From Hyaloraphidium curvatum SAG 235-1 (Eukaryota; Fungi; Monoblepharomycota): DNA of 64,000 bases. Location of the stretch: contig JAIVFI010000027.1 in assembly GCA_025558095.1 (NCBI GenBank), positions 372,001-436,000 on the forward strand, written 5' to 3'. Of this stretch, positions 1 to 14,847 are shown piece after piece. Numbering within the stretch: the first letter of the stretch is position 1; each line of letters starts with the position of its first letter. Both the position numbers and the translations under genes were made by a program. The notes below the pieces were generated by a model. That model saw only the letters and a list, made by a program, of their open reading frames with translations, was not told the origin of the DNA and did not search any database.

Positions 1-200
1 GAAATCGGCCCCGTTTCCTCGTAAAAGTAGTCCATCTGCCGCGTGAAGGTTGCCGGGAGCTCCCAGTTGGGAAAGTCACGCGCGAAAGGCTCCTGAATCT
101 GCTTCAGCATGAGCAGCGCGGGAATCGGGATCGCACCCTTCCGGGGGGTAAAGAGCGACGTCGAGAAGTCCTTTTGCTTGGCCGGCGCGCACGCAACGCG
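1..200 (-). CDS. Partial hypothetical protein running off the left edge
   Basis: Open minus-strand frame ...KQKDFSTSLFTPRKGAIPIPALLMLKQIQEPFARDFPNWELPATFTRQMDYFYEETGPIS; no family recognised; start not fixed. Confidence 0.35.
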
Positions 201-584
201 ATGAGGGCCTTCCAACGCCGTGGAAGCGGCGAACGCAAAGGCGGCACCGGCTGCGAAGGGGGCCCAACGCGGGCCCCGTGGAGCCCAGGCAACTCCTCCT
301 GCCCTGGGGCGAGCATTGAAGCCGATCGCTCTTCGCGATGGCGCAAGCTTGCGCGCCCTGAGGTGCCCGAAAGGCCGGGAAAACGTGTTCATTTGGCGAC
401 GTTCGACGGACAACAAGCGACACGGACGTGTTTCACGGCACAGCAGGCTTTATGGGGAAACACACCGGGCCAGAGATTTCTATCTTCGTGTCTCGTCCAC
501 GAACCACCGCCCGGCTCGCTTGGCAGCAACTGAGCCGACAGACCGACGATTGGGACGCCTCCTGCCCAGAGCTCCCCATCTCGC

Positions 585-2178
<1,594 letters not shown>

Positions 2179-2508
2179 GGCGACGCGTCCGCCGCGGCGC
2201 CGCCGATGCTCCGCCTCGCGCCGGCTCGCAGATCTCTGCGCGACACTGCTCGGTGGTGTGCGCGGGACTCGGTCGAGCTGGGTGATCGAGCGCGCCCCCG
2301 CAGAAGCACCCGCCGTCCCCTTCCTCCGAAGCTCAGGATCTCTCCCTCGGGCGCGGCCTGGAAAACACGCGTGTCACAGGCGCCCTTTTCATTGCTATCC
2401 CCGCCGTTTCTCGCGTCGTTTACCGCGGGCACCGCCGCCGACTCGGTCACCTGCCACCACCGGCCCTCGCACCGTGGACCCATCAGAACGCAAGCCACCA
2501 GCGCCATA

Positions 2509-3214
2509 ATGTCTATCGCCCGCGCTCTTTCGAACAGGACGCTCCTCTCGCTCGGGGCCGCGAGGGGCGTGGTTGCCAGCCGCGGGTACGCTGACGGGCT
2601 GCCGAGGTGGGAGCTCCGTGCGCGTTCACACAGACGGAAGCGCTGAACACCAAGTGATCAGCATCAACAAGGTCCATCTCACCGCCGGTGAGCCAGCGGC
2701 TTCCTGCGTTGGCGCCCGACGGACTCGCTGATGCATTCCGCGACCGGGGTCCCAGAGGTCTACGCCGACCCGCAAATCCGCAAGTTCCAGAGCAAGGACG
2801 GCACCGACCGGACGGTCAGCAACCTCTTTGTTTCCAACAACGAGGAGCGGATGACCAAGGACGGCAAGCCCTACGTGCACCGGACGTTCTTCAAGGTTGG
2901 CTATTCCCGTCGATTCCGGTCCCGCTTCGAAGACGTTTCGCCGCCACGCACAGGTCCGGAGCTTCAACCCCAAGATCAACGAGCTCATCGACCAGCAGGT
3001 CAGCAAGGGGACCTACGTGATGATTGAGGGCAAGATCGTCCGCGACTCGTGGGAGAACAAGGTAGGCAGTTCCCTAGCCGGCACCCGCTGTTGCGCGTGC
3101 AAACATTCCGCACATATGCTGCAGGAGGGTGCCAAGGTCTACGAAACGTCGATCGAGATCCCCGAGAAGGGTAACCTGCAGATCATCTCGCAGCCCCAGG
3201 GTAACGCGAGGTAG
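2509..3214 (+). CDS. Mitochondrial single-stranded DNA-binding protein (SSB/Rim1-like), multi-exon
   Basis: Arg-rich presequence MSIARALSNRTLL; SINKVHL...DPQIR; VSKGTYVMIEGKIVRDSWENK-EGAKVYETSI (SSB OB-fold pattern). Confidence 0.85.
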
Positions 3215-3467
3215 ACAAAGGACGTACGACGAAGCTGTATCTTGGCAGTTGTTTGCTGGCATTGGTTCATATATGCCGTTGCACGACGTTCCTCGCGTTC
3301 TTCTTCCGTGGTGTGTGGGGGCGGCGGTCCCAACGCGGCTGGGTTAGGTGACATGCAAACTCCCGGGCACCGCATCGGTCGCTTGGTGCCCTCTGAAGCA
3401 CAAGGTCCTACGCTGTAGTGTCGCGGACTTTCGCGCTTCGGGCGCCGAACGGCCGGACGCTGCCGCG

Positions 3468-6400
3468 ATGGACGCTGAGGAGGCACCCGATGCGCGGGTC
3501 GCCAAAACCTACACCGTCGACCTTGCGGGCCGAACTCCCTTCAAGAGATTCGTCGAGCTCGTAGAGTCCATTGCGAGGCTCTCCAAGAGGGGTGGGAGCG
3601 CGGGGAGCAGCCCGGGGAACCTTCATGAACCCCTCCCTCCGGCGCAGACAAGAAGATTGCCAGATTGAGCAAGTTCATCGCTGAATGGAGGCATGTCGGT
3701 GGCGACTTCCACCCTGTCATGCGGCTGCTGCTGCCTGCGGTAAGTCGGACAGAGGGGTGCACAGTTGAGAGTCTCACGCCCCTTGTCCCGGTTCTGCAGC
3801 TGGACCGCGAGAGATCGGTCTACCAGCTGAAGGAACCGTCGCTGGCCAAAGTCTACGTCGAGGTTATTGGCATTTCGAAGGAGTCCGCCGACGCCAGTGC
3901 TCTGTTCAAGTTCAAGGACCCGGGGCGCAACAGAAAGGTCGGTCGAGACCTTGCTGCGGCGATTCGCGAGTTGTTGTAACATCCGGCCGCAGAAAAGCGC
4001 TGGCGATTTTGCGGAGGTCCTCGAAATCTTTCTCAACGATCGATCCACGGTTTCGGAAGGGACGCTCACAATTCGAGACGTCAACGAGAAGCTGGACAAG
4101 CTCTCGAGCACGGAAAACCCCAAGTGCGTTTCGGCGTTGCTTTCTCTTTCCTTGCTCTAACGCCCGTGTGATCGCCTTCTAGAGAAACGCAGAGGAACTT
4201 CGTCCGGGAGATCTTTGCGCAATGCACCGCCAGGGAGCAGAAATGGATAGCGCGCATTATCCTCAAAGGCGAGTGATGCATTCTCGGACGACGGTTGACA
4301 CCGTTCTCATTGTGTTGCACCTCCAGATCTCAAGATAGGCATGACCGAAAGGACTCTCTTTTCGGTGTGGCATCCGATGGCCATGGAGATGTGGTCCGTG
4401 ACGAGCAGCCTGCGCGCCATCTGCGACGACCTGTATGACGAGAACGCTATGCCGCAGGACCAGGTGCGCCGGAACGAGCCGAGTCCGGTCGAGTGCTTGC
4501 CTGAACTGTTGCCGTTTCACAGGAGGTGCAGCTCATGCACCCTTTCAAACCCATGCTGTCCGAGAGATTCACGGATTTCAAGCACATTCCCAAGATCATG
4601 GATGACAAGGACTTTTGGGTGGAGCTCAAGCTTGATGGTGGGCACCTACAGGAATCATCCCCAGCGGATGATTTGATGGCGCGTCCGCAGGGGAAAGGAT
4701 GCAGATTCACAAAGACGGTGACGAATATCGGTACTTTTCTCGGTAGGTGGTCGCCAGGTGGTCGCTTTGTTGCATCCCGGGGTTTGGGCTGAGCGCTGCG
4801 AAGGAACGGCAAGGACTACACCTACCTGTACGGCAAAGATCAGCATTCCGGAACCCTGACTCCCTTTCTGCACACGCTGATTCACCCGAACGTTGAGAGG
4901 TAACTGGATTTTGGCAATCTTTGGCGACGCTTGTGTTGATCTGCAATCCCAGTGCCATTTTCGACGGCGAGATCATTGTTTTTGATCCGGTGACGAACCA
5001 GTTCGACCGCAATTTCGGCCACTTGAAGACGGCGGCTTTAGGTTAGTTTGCGTCTGAGCTCCAAGCTTCGAGTGATGTTCACGCCTTCGTCCCAGATGCC
5101 CTGAGCGTTTCCGATTCCACGGCTAAGCGCCCGTGCCTCCGCATCTTCGACGTCGTCTACGTGAACGGAACTTCGCTGGAGAAATCGACCCTTCGGAAGC
5201 GCCGCGAGATCCTCCAGACGTTGTTGCAGGAGGACAAGGGGCGCGTCGAGTGGCACCCCTACAAGGTGTGCAGGACGGAAGCCGAGGTCATTGCCGAGCT
5301 CGATGATGCCATCATGAACAACGAGGAGGGGATCGTCATCAAGAACCCGCTCAGCGCGTACGTCCCAGGGCTGCGCTCCAAGGCCTGGATCAAGATCAAG
5401 CCCGACTACATCGAGGGCTTGAGCGAGCAGCCGGACCTTCTGATCGTCGGCGGATGGTACGGCTCCGGCCGCCGATCCAAGAAGGTGTCGCACTACTTGT
5501 GTGCCATCCGCGCAAGCGAGCCCTCCGCTGCTTCCGGCTCCAGCCAGGAATCACCCCAATACTTGACCATCTGCAAGATCGGCTCGGGATTCAAGTTCGC
5601 GGAATTGGATGCGATATCAGCGCTGCCGTGGAAACGCTTCAACAGGGACAAGCCGCCGAGCTGGTTGAAGATGGGCAGGAGTGCGAAGGTCACGCCAGAC
5701 GTCATTCTTGAGCCAAACAAGGACATGATCATCACGGTCCGCGCGGAGAAGCTTGTCGAGTCCGCAGAGTACACCGCGGGCTACACGCTGCGTTTCCCCC
5801 GTCTGGAGAAGTTCCGCGACGACTTCGGGCTTGAGGACATCTGGAGCCAGGACGACGTTCGAAAAGTGCTCGTGAGCCTTTGGGGCAGCCTTTGCTTGTT
5901 GCCGCTCACGTTTGTCTGCAGGACCGTGGCACGGAAGGCAGGTTGAACAAGAGGCTTGATGAGGACTCCGCCGGCTTGAGAAAGAGCAAGAAGCGGAAGG
6001 TCGGGCGAGGCGCGGCGATCGGCGTTATATCGTCCCACGCACTGCCCCGTCAAGGCGAAGGTTTTACCCCCGAAGGAGGCACGTTCAAAGGGAAGACCTT
6101 CTATGTCCTTCCCGCCATTGGTCCCGACGGTTCCGACGCCGACCTGCGGAAACTCACGGAAGTCATTCAAGAAAACGGCGGCGTGCTTCGCAACACCCCA
6201 AACGGCACGGATTACATCGTCGCGGACCTAGCCAAGAGTGAGTGTTGTTGCGGGTCGCATGGATGCGAATGCTCTTGACACGGTTGTTTGCACAGAGGCC
6301 AAAGTTGCCAACCTTATCAAGGCCAATCTACGTGACATTCACAAGTCGGACTGGGTGCACGCGAGCATTGCAGCGCAGCGGCTCTTGGACGATTCGCCGA

Positions 6401-7101
6401 GACTTTTGCTGCACGCGACGGCTGCGACGTCCAAGAGGCTCGCAGAAACTCACGACGGGTACGGCGACTCGTACGTCGAAGAAATAGGCAGCGTGGAGGA
6501 CCTGAAGAACTTGTTCGATCGCGTTGACGTCACGGTACTGCTCCGGAAGTACCAGGCGGAAGATGACGCTCTCGCAAAGAGGCAAAGGAAGGCTTCCGCC
6601 ATTCGGTTCAAGTGGCCTACGCTTTCCTTCCTGAAAAACGATGCGGAGATTCGCTACTTCGAAGATGAGAGGCCTCCCGGGAGCATTTTTCGCGGGAAGG
6701 TTGTATACCTGGACCTTCCTTCACTTCAAGACGAGGCGTCGTCGACCGGAGTGAAGAACGAAGGAAAGGACGACGGGAGCTCAATGTGAGGGGTTCAGTC
6801 GGTTATGTGGGTCCGATCGGCACTGACAACCGCGGACCGTAGCCTCCGCCTTGCACGAGAGCAGCTTTTGTTCTACGGGGCCGAAGTCGTGGAACGCCGC
6901 TTTCCTTCCGTTACGCACGTGGTAGTGGATCCGCAGAGGCCCGATCGGTGGACGACGTTTCTGCAAAAGACGGCGGACGCGGCTTTCGGCCATTGGCGGG
7001 TGGTGACACACGCCTGGGTCCAGGAAAGCATTTCTGTTGGGTACACCTTGGACGAAACGTCGTTTGCGCCGGCGTACAAGAAGGGTCAGCTGCTACGCTA
7101 G
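3468..7101 (+). CDS. LIG4: DNA ligase IV (NHEJ), multi-exon, with C-terminal BRCT domains
   Basis: ELKLDG-ERMQIHK adenylation motif, EEGIVIK, WIKIKPDY, TLRFPR; BRCT-like regions (FKGKTFYV, HVVVDP...VVTHAWVQESI). Confidence 0.95.
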
Positions 7102-8526
7102 CGGATCCTCGCCTAGAAGTTCGATCTTTGGAGGCGACTTCTTCAGTTGCTCGCGAGCTGCACCGGCAAGAGCCAGCTCCTCTTTCAATTGCATTCTTTC
7201 TCGACGCTCATGCTTCACAGCGTGGTCAAGATCCGACGCAAGCGCGCGTAGAATCGGGTAGGGGTCGCCTGTAGCGTCTCCCGCGAGAGTTTTGTCGCTG
7301 ATCCAGCACGCAAACCACCAGCACTTCCGTTCCGTCCCCGAGACGGCCCTGAGGAACTTGGGTCGGCCGTTTCCCGGGGCAGACGCCTCGGTGCTGTGTG
7401 CTCCGAGTCGCGGATCCTCCACCGCGGCTTGCAGGACGGAGCGCATGTCGCTTAAGGCCGAAAGGACACGATGTTTGTCGCGGAGAATAGCAAGTGCATC
7501 GTGTGCCACAAGTTCGAGAACGTCCCCAGATATTTGGGCGTCTGTGTCATCGACACGCTTGGTCCGGAAAACTGCCAGCGTTTCCGTCACCGACTCGAAC
7601 CGCGCAGAGGGGTTGGAAGCAGTTTCGCTAATGCGCAGCAGATCCCTGGTGACGTCAACCGGGGTGTCGTGGATGGATCCGTCGTATCGACGACAGACGA
7701 AAGCATACACCAGGAGCAGATCCAGGATGTTGAAAGCCGCCGCGGGGTTCGGAGGGCCCTTGGAAACCTTGTGGAACGGAACCAGATCCCCTGCTATTGG
7801 AGGTAGATGATCGTTCCAGATCTTCGTCCTTCCTTTGCTTTGATCGTCGTGCGATGGGTCCAGTTCCTCGACGAGGACTTTATCTGCTTCCGAGTCATGC
7901 TCTTGCTGTTCCCACCACGGTGTCCAGGGCAGTACATTCTCAAGGAGGACGTTGTTTGCCTTGGCCGAGTCTCCGATGTGCTCGAGGAACTGTTGCTGCT
8001 CGGAAGGAGTCAATCTTGACCAAAGATCCTGCGCATCGGCGTTGTCTGCAGCAAATCGGACAGGTTGGAGAACGAATGGTTGGGCCCGTCCGCGACTTCC
8101 TGCTGTCAGCTCACCTATGTCCAGATCTCCGAACCGATAAGCGAGATCGTCCGCCTGACCAGTATCTCCGAAAGCTTCGACACTCTCATCGTCAGCGCGA
8201 GTTGACGCAGCGCGTTCCAGGATCTCGGCTATCTTCTTCCGGTCCTCGTCGTCTGCCCGTTCCCCGCGCAAGGCGGACGCGAAACTCGCGGCGTGGAACG
8301 CATTTTGGCAGGCACTGTGGGACTGCAAGGGTACCTTTTAATGCTCGCAAACGGTGCAGTTTGGTGCCGCCAGCTCACCGCGTCCTTGTAGCACGCCAGG
8401 GAGCAGTAGGGCAGGTTGCAGCGGGGGCAAGTGTACTTGCTCTCTCGTTCACGGCATCTTCGGGAGATCGTCAGCAAGGGCAAGACTCTCTTCCGAGACG
8501 CCGACGGACATTCCACAGCTCGGCAT
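7093..8526 (-). CDS. Zinc finger HIT-domain protein (ZNHIT2-like), multi-exon
   Basis: Spliced N-terminus MPSCGICRERESKYTCPRCNLPYCSLACYK...HSACQNAF; LWSRLTPSEQQQF and PWTPWW motifs. Confidence 0.85.
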
Positions 8527-8655
8527 TCAGTGTGCGCAGTTCTGCACTAATAGCACGAGCCCGGCGATCGCCGGAGTGAGACGACTCAGTAGACGGATCG
8601 AGCGCCGGACAAAGGTAGATGCAATGCATTGTATTGTACAAGCCTCCACGATCAA

Positions 8656-9583
8656 TCAGCGGTTCAGGACGATGCCTGAAAGAGCACCAGGTCAGCGGGC
8701 ATAATCAGACACCGGGCAAAGCCCCTCACCGTCGAACTTCTTCTTGAACCACGCGACCGTCTCGTCCTTCGTCACACGGTGCGGGTGCCCAACGCGGCCC
8801 CGAGCGTGTTTCCTCCGCGCAACACGGTATCCGGCCCGGCCCATGACGACGTAGAAGTCCATGCCGTAGATGCCTGGGAGGAGGCGTCAGCACGGTCCCG
8901 CCAGGGCAGACTCCCGTCTGAACCGACCGATCGTGGGGTCGTACTTGATGCCCAGATCGATGTGCTCCTGGATGCCAAAGCCAAAGTTGCCCGTGGCCGA
9001 GAAGTTGCTCTGCTTCAGCTCAAACTCCTTGACCTTCAGGCCCTGCTCCAGAATCTGCAGCGCCTTCTCGCCCCGGACGGTGCAGTGCACGGCAATCTTC
9101 TCGTTTCTCCGGATGCTGAAGGTCCTGACGGTGTACCGGGCCTTGGAGTAGACGGGCGTCTGCCCCGTGAGCTGCTCCAGCACCTTGGCCGCCCGCGTCA
9201 GCCTGTCGCCAGACTCTCCCACGCAGATGTTCAGGCAGAGCTTCTCCAGCTTCAGGTCCCGCATGACATTGTCCTTCTTGGACTTTGCCTCCTCAGCCTG
9301 CGGGCGCGATGCGCGAGTGGGCGGTCGGAGTGGTTAGCAGGTGCCTCCACAGAAAAGACCGAACCAAGGCGACTGCCGCGCGACGCCACCGAGCAAGTGC
9401 CCGGCCAAGGCGGCCGACACACAGCCGACCGCAAACTGTCCCGCGTCGGCCGGAGACAGCCCAACGTGTGTCCCGCCGACACGGTGCTCCGTCCCCACTG
9501 CGTGGCCCGGAGGGGTACGGGGCCTACAGAAGCCCAACATCCGAGCGACAAAGATGCGCCAACGCCAATCGATACGCTACCAT
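8656..9583 (-). CDS. RPL11: 60S ribosomal protein L11 (uL5), multi-exon; first coding exon is the ATG only
   Basis: [65 protein letters not shown]; ends GIVLNR*. Confidence 0.97.
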
Positions 9584-9823
9584 TTTGGGTGCGGAGGTGG
9601 GGGAAGAGCGGGTGAGGAGTAAAGCGGTGAGGGGGACCGCGCGCGCGATTCCACCGGTAATTCTGGGTTAGGTCAGACCCACGACATCTCATGTTTTCTC
9701 GCGGCCCAAAACCTCCAACTCCGCATTCTCCCCTAGTTTGACGCCGGATCACACCACTGAAACATTTGGTGGCCAGCGTGGCGTGCCTCCCCTTCTTCTC
9801 GAGTGAATTTCACATTGCTGGAG

Positions 9824-10294
9824 CTACTTCACTATTGCCAGGACCTCCCCTCCCACGCTCTTCAACAGCGCTTCGTTCATATCCAGCACGCCGTAGGCCG
9901 TGTCCAGGATGGTGATCTGCCCCACGTCCGCCGGCTTCATGAGCGCGTGGGCGTTGCGCCTGCCAGCCGCGACGGCCTTGAGCTCGTCCACGGTGGCGTA
10001 AACGCGCCGGCTAGGCAAGCTGACGGCCTTCATGAGCCTAAGCACGGGCTCGTTGTCCCGGTACTTGAGCTCCAGCCAGAGTCGCCTGTGCGCGACGTTG
10101 TCCGGAGTGACGGGCACCTCGAACCCGCTCGCGTCAGGGCCGTGCACGTCCCCCTGGAGGACGGCCGAAACGAATCCTTCCCGGTACAGGATACCGCAGA
10201 CGGATCGGTTCTGTTTCGTGGCCGGGACCGCGGTGCGCCGCAATCCGGCGCGGAAGGAGTTGGTGATGTGCACGCACAGGTCCGGGATCGGCAT
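9824..10294 (-). CDS. MRPS8: Mitochondrial ribosomal protein S8 (uS8m), single exon
   Basis: DLCVHITNS, ILYREGFVS, RRLWLELKYRDNEPVL, SLPSRRVY, GGEVL. Confidence 0.88.
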   Translation of the reverse strand: MPIPDLCVHITNSFRAGLRRTAVPATKQNRSVCGILYREGFVSAVLQGDVHGPDASGFEVPVTPDNVAHRRLWLELKYRDNEPVLRLMKAVSLPSRRVYATVDELKAVAAGRRNAHALMKPADVGQITILDTAYGVLDMNEALLKSVGGEVLAIVK

Positions 10295-10643
10295 CGCGTC
10301 GCGCTCGAGGCAGTTTCCGATGAGCGATGAATCAGCAGAATGTCCCGTGGAGCAAGAAAGACTGATTTCGACGTGCGATTGCCGGTGCTGGGGAGGCTAC
10401 ACCTCGATGGGCCGGCTCCCCTCCCAGGCTTGTCGGACACAGTTCCAGGGTCCTAGCTGTGCGCGAATTACAACTTCAAGCCAACTCAGAGATAGCAACA
10501 GTTCGTCCTGCGCTCCACAGCGTAGAGGTTCGCGAGTACTGGTCAGTCAGTCCGGCCCGCCGCCGCGCGCCGCGAGCATCAAACGCCTTCGTGCACCCTT
10601 TTCCTGCCTCCACTCGACCCCCCGCGGGCGTACCGGCAGCAAA

Positions 10644-11720
10644 ATGGTACGCTTCACCACCTGCCGGCAGTGTTTTGGCCGGATGGGATTCCTGTCCGCG
10701 ATGCGCCGTGCTCACCGCGTCGTTTCTGCGCAGTCAATCTCGAGGACGTCCAAAATGCTCCAGTTTCTGAACTTCCGTCTGAGGTGGACATCATGAGTCG
10801 CTAAGGTGGCGGAGAATGTCTGACGCCCCGGGGCCGCGTCAGGGTCACCATCCACGACGGGAGGACGTTCATCGGCCAGATGATTGCGTTTGACAAGCAC
10901 ATGAACCTCGTTCTGGCCGAATGCGAGGAGTTTCGGAAGGTCAAGAACAAGGCAAAGACCGCTTCGGGGCCCGCAGAACGCGAGGAACGGCGGCTGTTGG
11001 GATTGGTTGTGCTGCGCGGCGAGATTGTCGTGAGCATGAGCGTGGAGGCACCGCCGCCGCCGAGCGACGAACAGAAAGCCAAGGCGGCTGCGGGTTTGGG
11101 CGGACCTGGCGTTGGGCGGCCTGCTGGAAGGGGTCTTCCCATCGGCGCTCCCATGGGTGTGCCCATGCCGGGTGGTGAGTTGCACAGGGCCGCCACTTCG
11201 ATCATGGCGTGACTTTTCGGGACAACAGCTTTGGGAGGACCGATCAGGGGTGTTGGAGGACCTGCCCCGGGGATGATGGCGCCCATGGGCGGGATGCGGC
11301 CACCCGTGTCGTACGGACGGCCTCCGATGCCCCCGCCTGGAATGGTTCGTGCCTGACGTTCTCAGGCTGCCGTCTCGTCTCACAGCTGTTCTCTCGGAAA
11401 GATGCCGCCTGCCAACTTCCGCCCCATGCCCGGTATGCCTCCCATGATGCCGCCTGCGATGCCCGGCGCCCCGCCGCCGGGCTTCCCCGGTGCTCCGCCC
11501 ATGCCGCCTGTGAGTGTTGGCCGGGAGAGACGGTCGCCAGGGGATGCACGGTTTATTTGCTACTTCGGACGCCTTCGGGCGAATGAGACCAACCAATCAC
11601 CATTTGTTTCTGATGGCGCGATCTGGTGGCGGGGACCCCGTGCCGAAGCTGGAGCTGACCTCTCCTCTGACTCAGGGCTTCCGACCTCCCTTCCCGCCGG
11701 GTCAGCAACCAGGCCGATGA
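10644..11720 (+). CDS. SMB1: snRNP core protein SmB, multi-exon, Pro/Gly/Met-rich tail
   Basis: [46 protein letters not shown]...[22 protein letters not shown]. Confidence 0.95.
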
Positions 11721-11788
11721 GGTATTGAACGACACAGAAACATGGGTATACTGCTACTTGTAAATACGATCAATGCACCAAGCAAATC

Positions 11789-13979
11789 TCATCTTCTCCC
11801 CGGTGACCACCGTGCCACCGCCTCCGCCATGTCAGCCAAGAATCTGGACGGAGAGAATGCTGTTAGCCGAGCTTGAGGAGCATGGAGCCAGAGCTGCATC
11901 CACGCACGATCTGGAGTTGTGAACTGTCGTTCCACCGAGCAAGAGCTTCAGTCCCGGATTCGACGCGTTCAACCGCGTCACCTCCCGCGCTTCCGCGTAC
12001 GTCGCGCCCCCGACGAAGAACACAATGACGTCCTGCGGTCTGCGATCGGGTGATGAGCTGGAAAGTACTTGGGACGCTAGGCCAGCTTACCGTTCCCTGT
12101 AAGCGGCGTCCACGAACGGATAGTTTTGCTCCTTCAGCTTTCCCTTCACCAGCTGATCGATGATGGTGAAGAGGTGCGGCCGGTGCTGCGTGTAGACGTT
12201 CTCTACGCCCTGCGGATGGCCAGTTGGAAGCCGTTGACGAGTTCCCGGTGCGGAAACCGACCTTCAAGCCCTTGAAGAGGTTCTTCGACTTCGCCAAGAA
12301 GTTCTCGTTCTCGAAAATGTCCTCCTGACGCTGGTCGGACCCCGCAAACTTGATCAGAGATGCTATCAGCTGTGCAGAGAAACCTCCATGAGCAAGGGCT
12401 GGATCCGGCAATTGCGAGCCCCAACCGCAATCTTCTTCTCGTTGACCCCGGCCTTGAACAACTTGTCGATCAGCTGGGGCGTCGAGTTGCCCGGCATCTT
12501 CTCGTAGCGGAGCGCGTACAGCATCGTCAGCCGCACTTTTGAATCCTCCGACACTTTGGGATTGTCAAGGAGAGTCATTAGAGCCTGGAGCGGCGAATCA
12601 GTAGCGCCCAATAGGGACCCGTACTCGACGCACTCTAAGGTCCTGTGAGTGGTTCTCCGCCACCGCAAGGTTCTGCTCGAGCTCGCCCACTTCCAGCAGG
12701 CAACCCTGACCGACGAGCCTACTCAGCTCCGAAACCAAGGTGACGTGCTTGCTGACGTTGCCGCCAAGCTTTTTGAATTCCGGGTATTCTTCGACGAAGC
12801 GCTTCATGTCCCCGATCGACTCCAGCTTGGTGGACGACTTGTGCTTCGCCTGGAACTCGTCCACGTAGACCTTTATGTTGTTGCCGAGCTCCCCCAAGTC
12901 GAGAAACATGTTCTTCTTGTAGAACGGATCGTGTTCGGGGTTGAGAACCACTTCCTGTTCCGCGGACCAGTGAGCCTCCGCGCAGATCTCGGACCGCGTG
13001 CCCGATTCACCTTGAGCTCGGGCTTGACGTCGGGTACCTTGGACAGGTCGACCCTGCCGTTGTTGATACCCAGCAGCTCGTGGACCATGGCTTGGTAAGT
13101 CCACTGGTTCAGCAGTGGAGACACGGGATCGGAGCGACGGTCCAGGATGAGGAGTATCGGCGGCACCTCGGTACGTCGAAAGTCGAAGAGGCTGCTTTCC
13201 TGCTGCATCTGTGCCTGCCAATCACGCCATATCAGAACGGCGCGATGGAGACCATTGGTTACAAAGACCGACGTGCAGCTCGTCCGCGAGGCGCTTCGCA
13301 AGACCCGACTGCTTGTCGTAACGTATGAGCGGTCGTTTCTTGAGCGAGAGTAGAACGGAGAGGACGCATTGGGTTGTCCTTTGCAGAGCACTGGGATTCC
13401 ATGATCTGGGGTTGTCTCCGTACACCGGCGGAGGGGGTTGAGGCCAGCCACAGGAGAAGAGCTCGGAGCTCAGCGCGAGGTAGTCGGCAAAATACTCCTG
13501 GGGCGGCCAGTACCCCCGGTCAAATCTCCCCAAATCACGTCGCGGTCGGCCGACAAAAACCTGGACCTCTTTGACGACCTCGTACTCGTCCGCTTCCGCG
13601 AGTCGTTCGATGCTCGCCTTGAGGACGGTGTTGGAAAAGAAGACGTAGTACTCGCCGTATCGCGGGCTATGGAGCTCTTGCACCAGAGCTTGGATAGATT
13701 CCGCGGTGGGTCTCAGGAAGCAGACGCACTTCAGGTGCTTCAGAGCATCCCGCGGCGACCGGATGTTGTCTATCAGGTAGACCTCGTGGGCAAGGAGGTA
13801 CGACTGGGTGACGACGACCGAAATGACGGGCGTCTGGAGTCGTCCTGCGGTTCAGCCGAGATCCAGAGAAGCTAGAGAGATGCCCGCACCGTCTCGTCAT
13901 CGAGGAGGAGAACCTTCATCCCCGGCACATCCTGGACCAGCTTGTCCACGTAGAACCGGACGGCTTTGACCAGGTCCAT
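11789..13979 (-). CDS. VPS45: Sec1/Munc18 family protein Vps45, multi-exon
   Basis: [38 protein letters not shown]-type motif, [48 protein letters not shown]. Confidence 0.95.
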
Positions 13980-14113
13980 CGCGCCCTCCCCTCGCGCCCC
14001 GCAAGCAGACGCGAGGTTCCAGGGGAGAGTCGCGTTCCAGTGTCATACGCGCAGTCGTCAGTTGGTCCAAACCCTTCCTCGCACCGAACTCGTTCGCTCG
14101 CCGGGCTGCCGAG

Positions 14114-14703
14114 ATGGCAACGCATCGGGATGCCATCTTCGTGAACCGCGTCTATGTCGAGAAGGCGCCGCTGCCGGACGACGTGCCGCACGTCTCCGAG
14201 GTCGGCGCGACCTCGGCGGCGCTCGAGACCGCCGCGTTCTTCATCGGGGCGCACTGCAAGGAGCTGAACGAGGACTTCATGCTGTGCAAGAGGGAGAGCC
14301 CGGACCCGCGGCATTGCCTCAAGGAAGGCCGGAGAGTGACGCGGTGCGCCCAGGACGTGTGGGTGCTGCCCGGGCGCCGCGAGCAGCGGTCCGTAGGGCG
14401 CCGGCTGACGGTGTGTCTTTGCGACAGCATCCGCAAGATCAAGGCCAGCTGCGATGAGGAATGGAAGGCGTACTACGAGGCCTTTGACTGGCAGAACCAC
14501 ATGTACCAGTCGGTGCGGAAGGAGGAGCGGGCCTTCAACGACTGCGTGCTGAAGAAGCTGGTACGTGTCACGCTCCACGCTCTAGTTCGCGAGAGAGATG
14601 TCGACTGACGCTGTGTTGTCTTTAGGGGCTCGAGAAGCAGATTCCCGGCACGCCGGAGAATGTCGTGCCGATCCACTTGCGAGAAAAGCACATGCTGCAC
14701 TGA
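14114..14703 (+). CDS. NDUFA8: NADH:ubiquinone oxidoreductase 20.8-kDa subunit (NDUFA8), 3 exons
   Basis: VGATSAALETAAFFIGAHCKELNEDFMLCK...PRHCLKEGRRVTRCA, CX9C motifs. Confidence 0.9.
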
Positions 14704-14847
14704 ACGATGTACAGATTGGATTAATGGACTATCGCAATTGAGATGCGGCGCAGACATCGCTCCCCTGGGGATGGATGGTCTGGACCGATAGGATGACACC
14801 TTCCCCCCACGTTTCCCTAGCACATCGAATCGCGTCGTTCATCGACC

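Noticed and set aside
3468-7101. Causal link between nearby LIG4 and the NUMT insertion
   Set aside because: Ligase IV acts in trans; the proximity is coincidental
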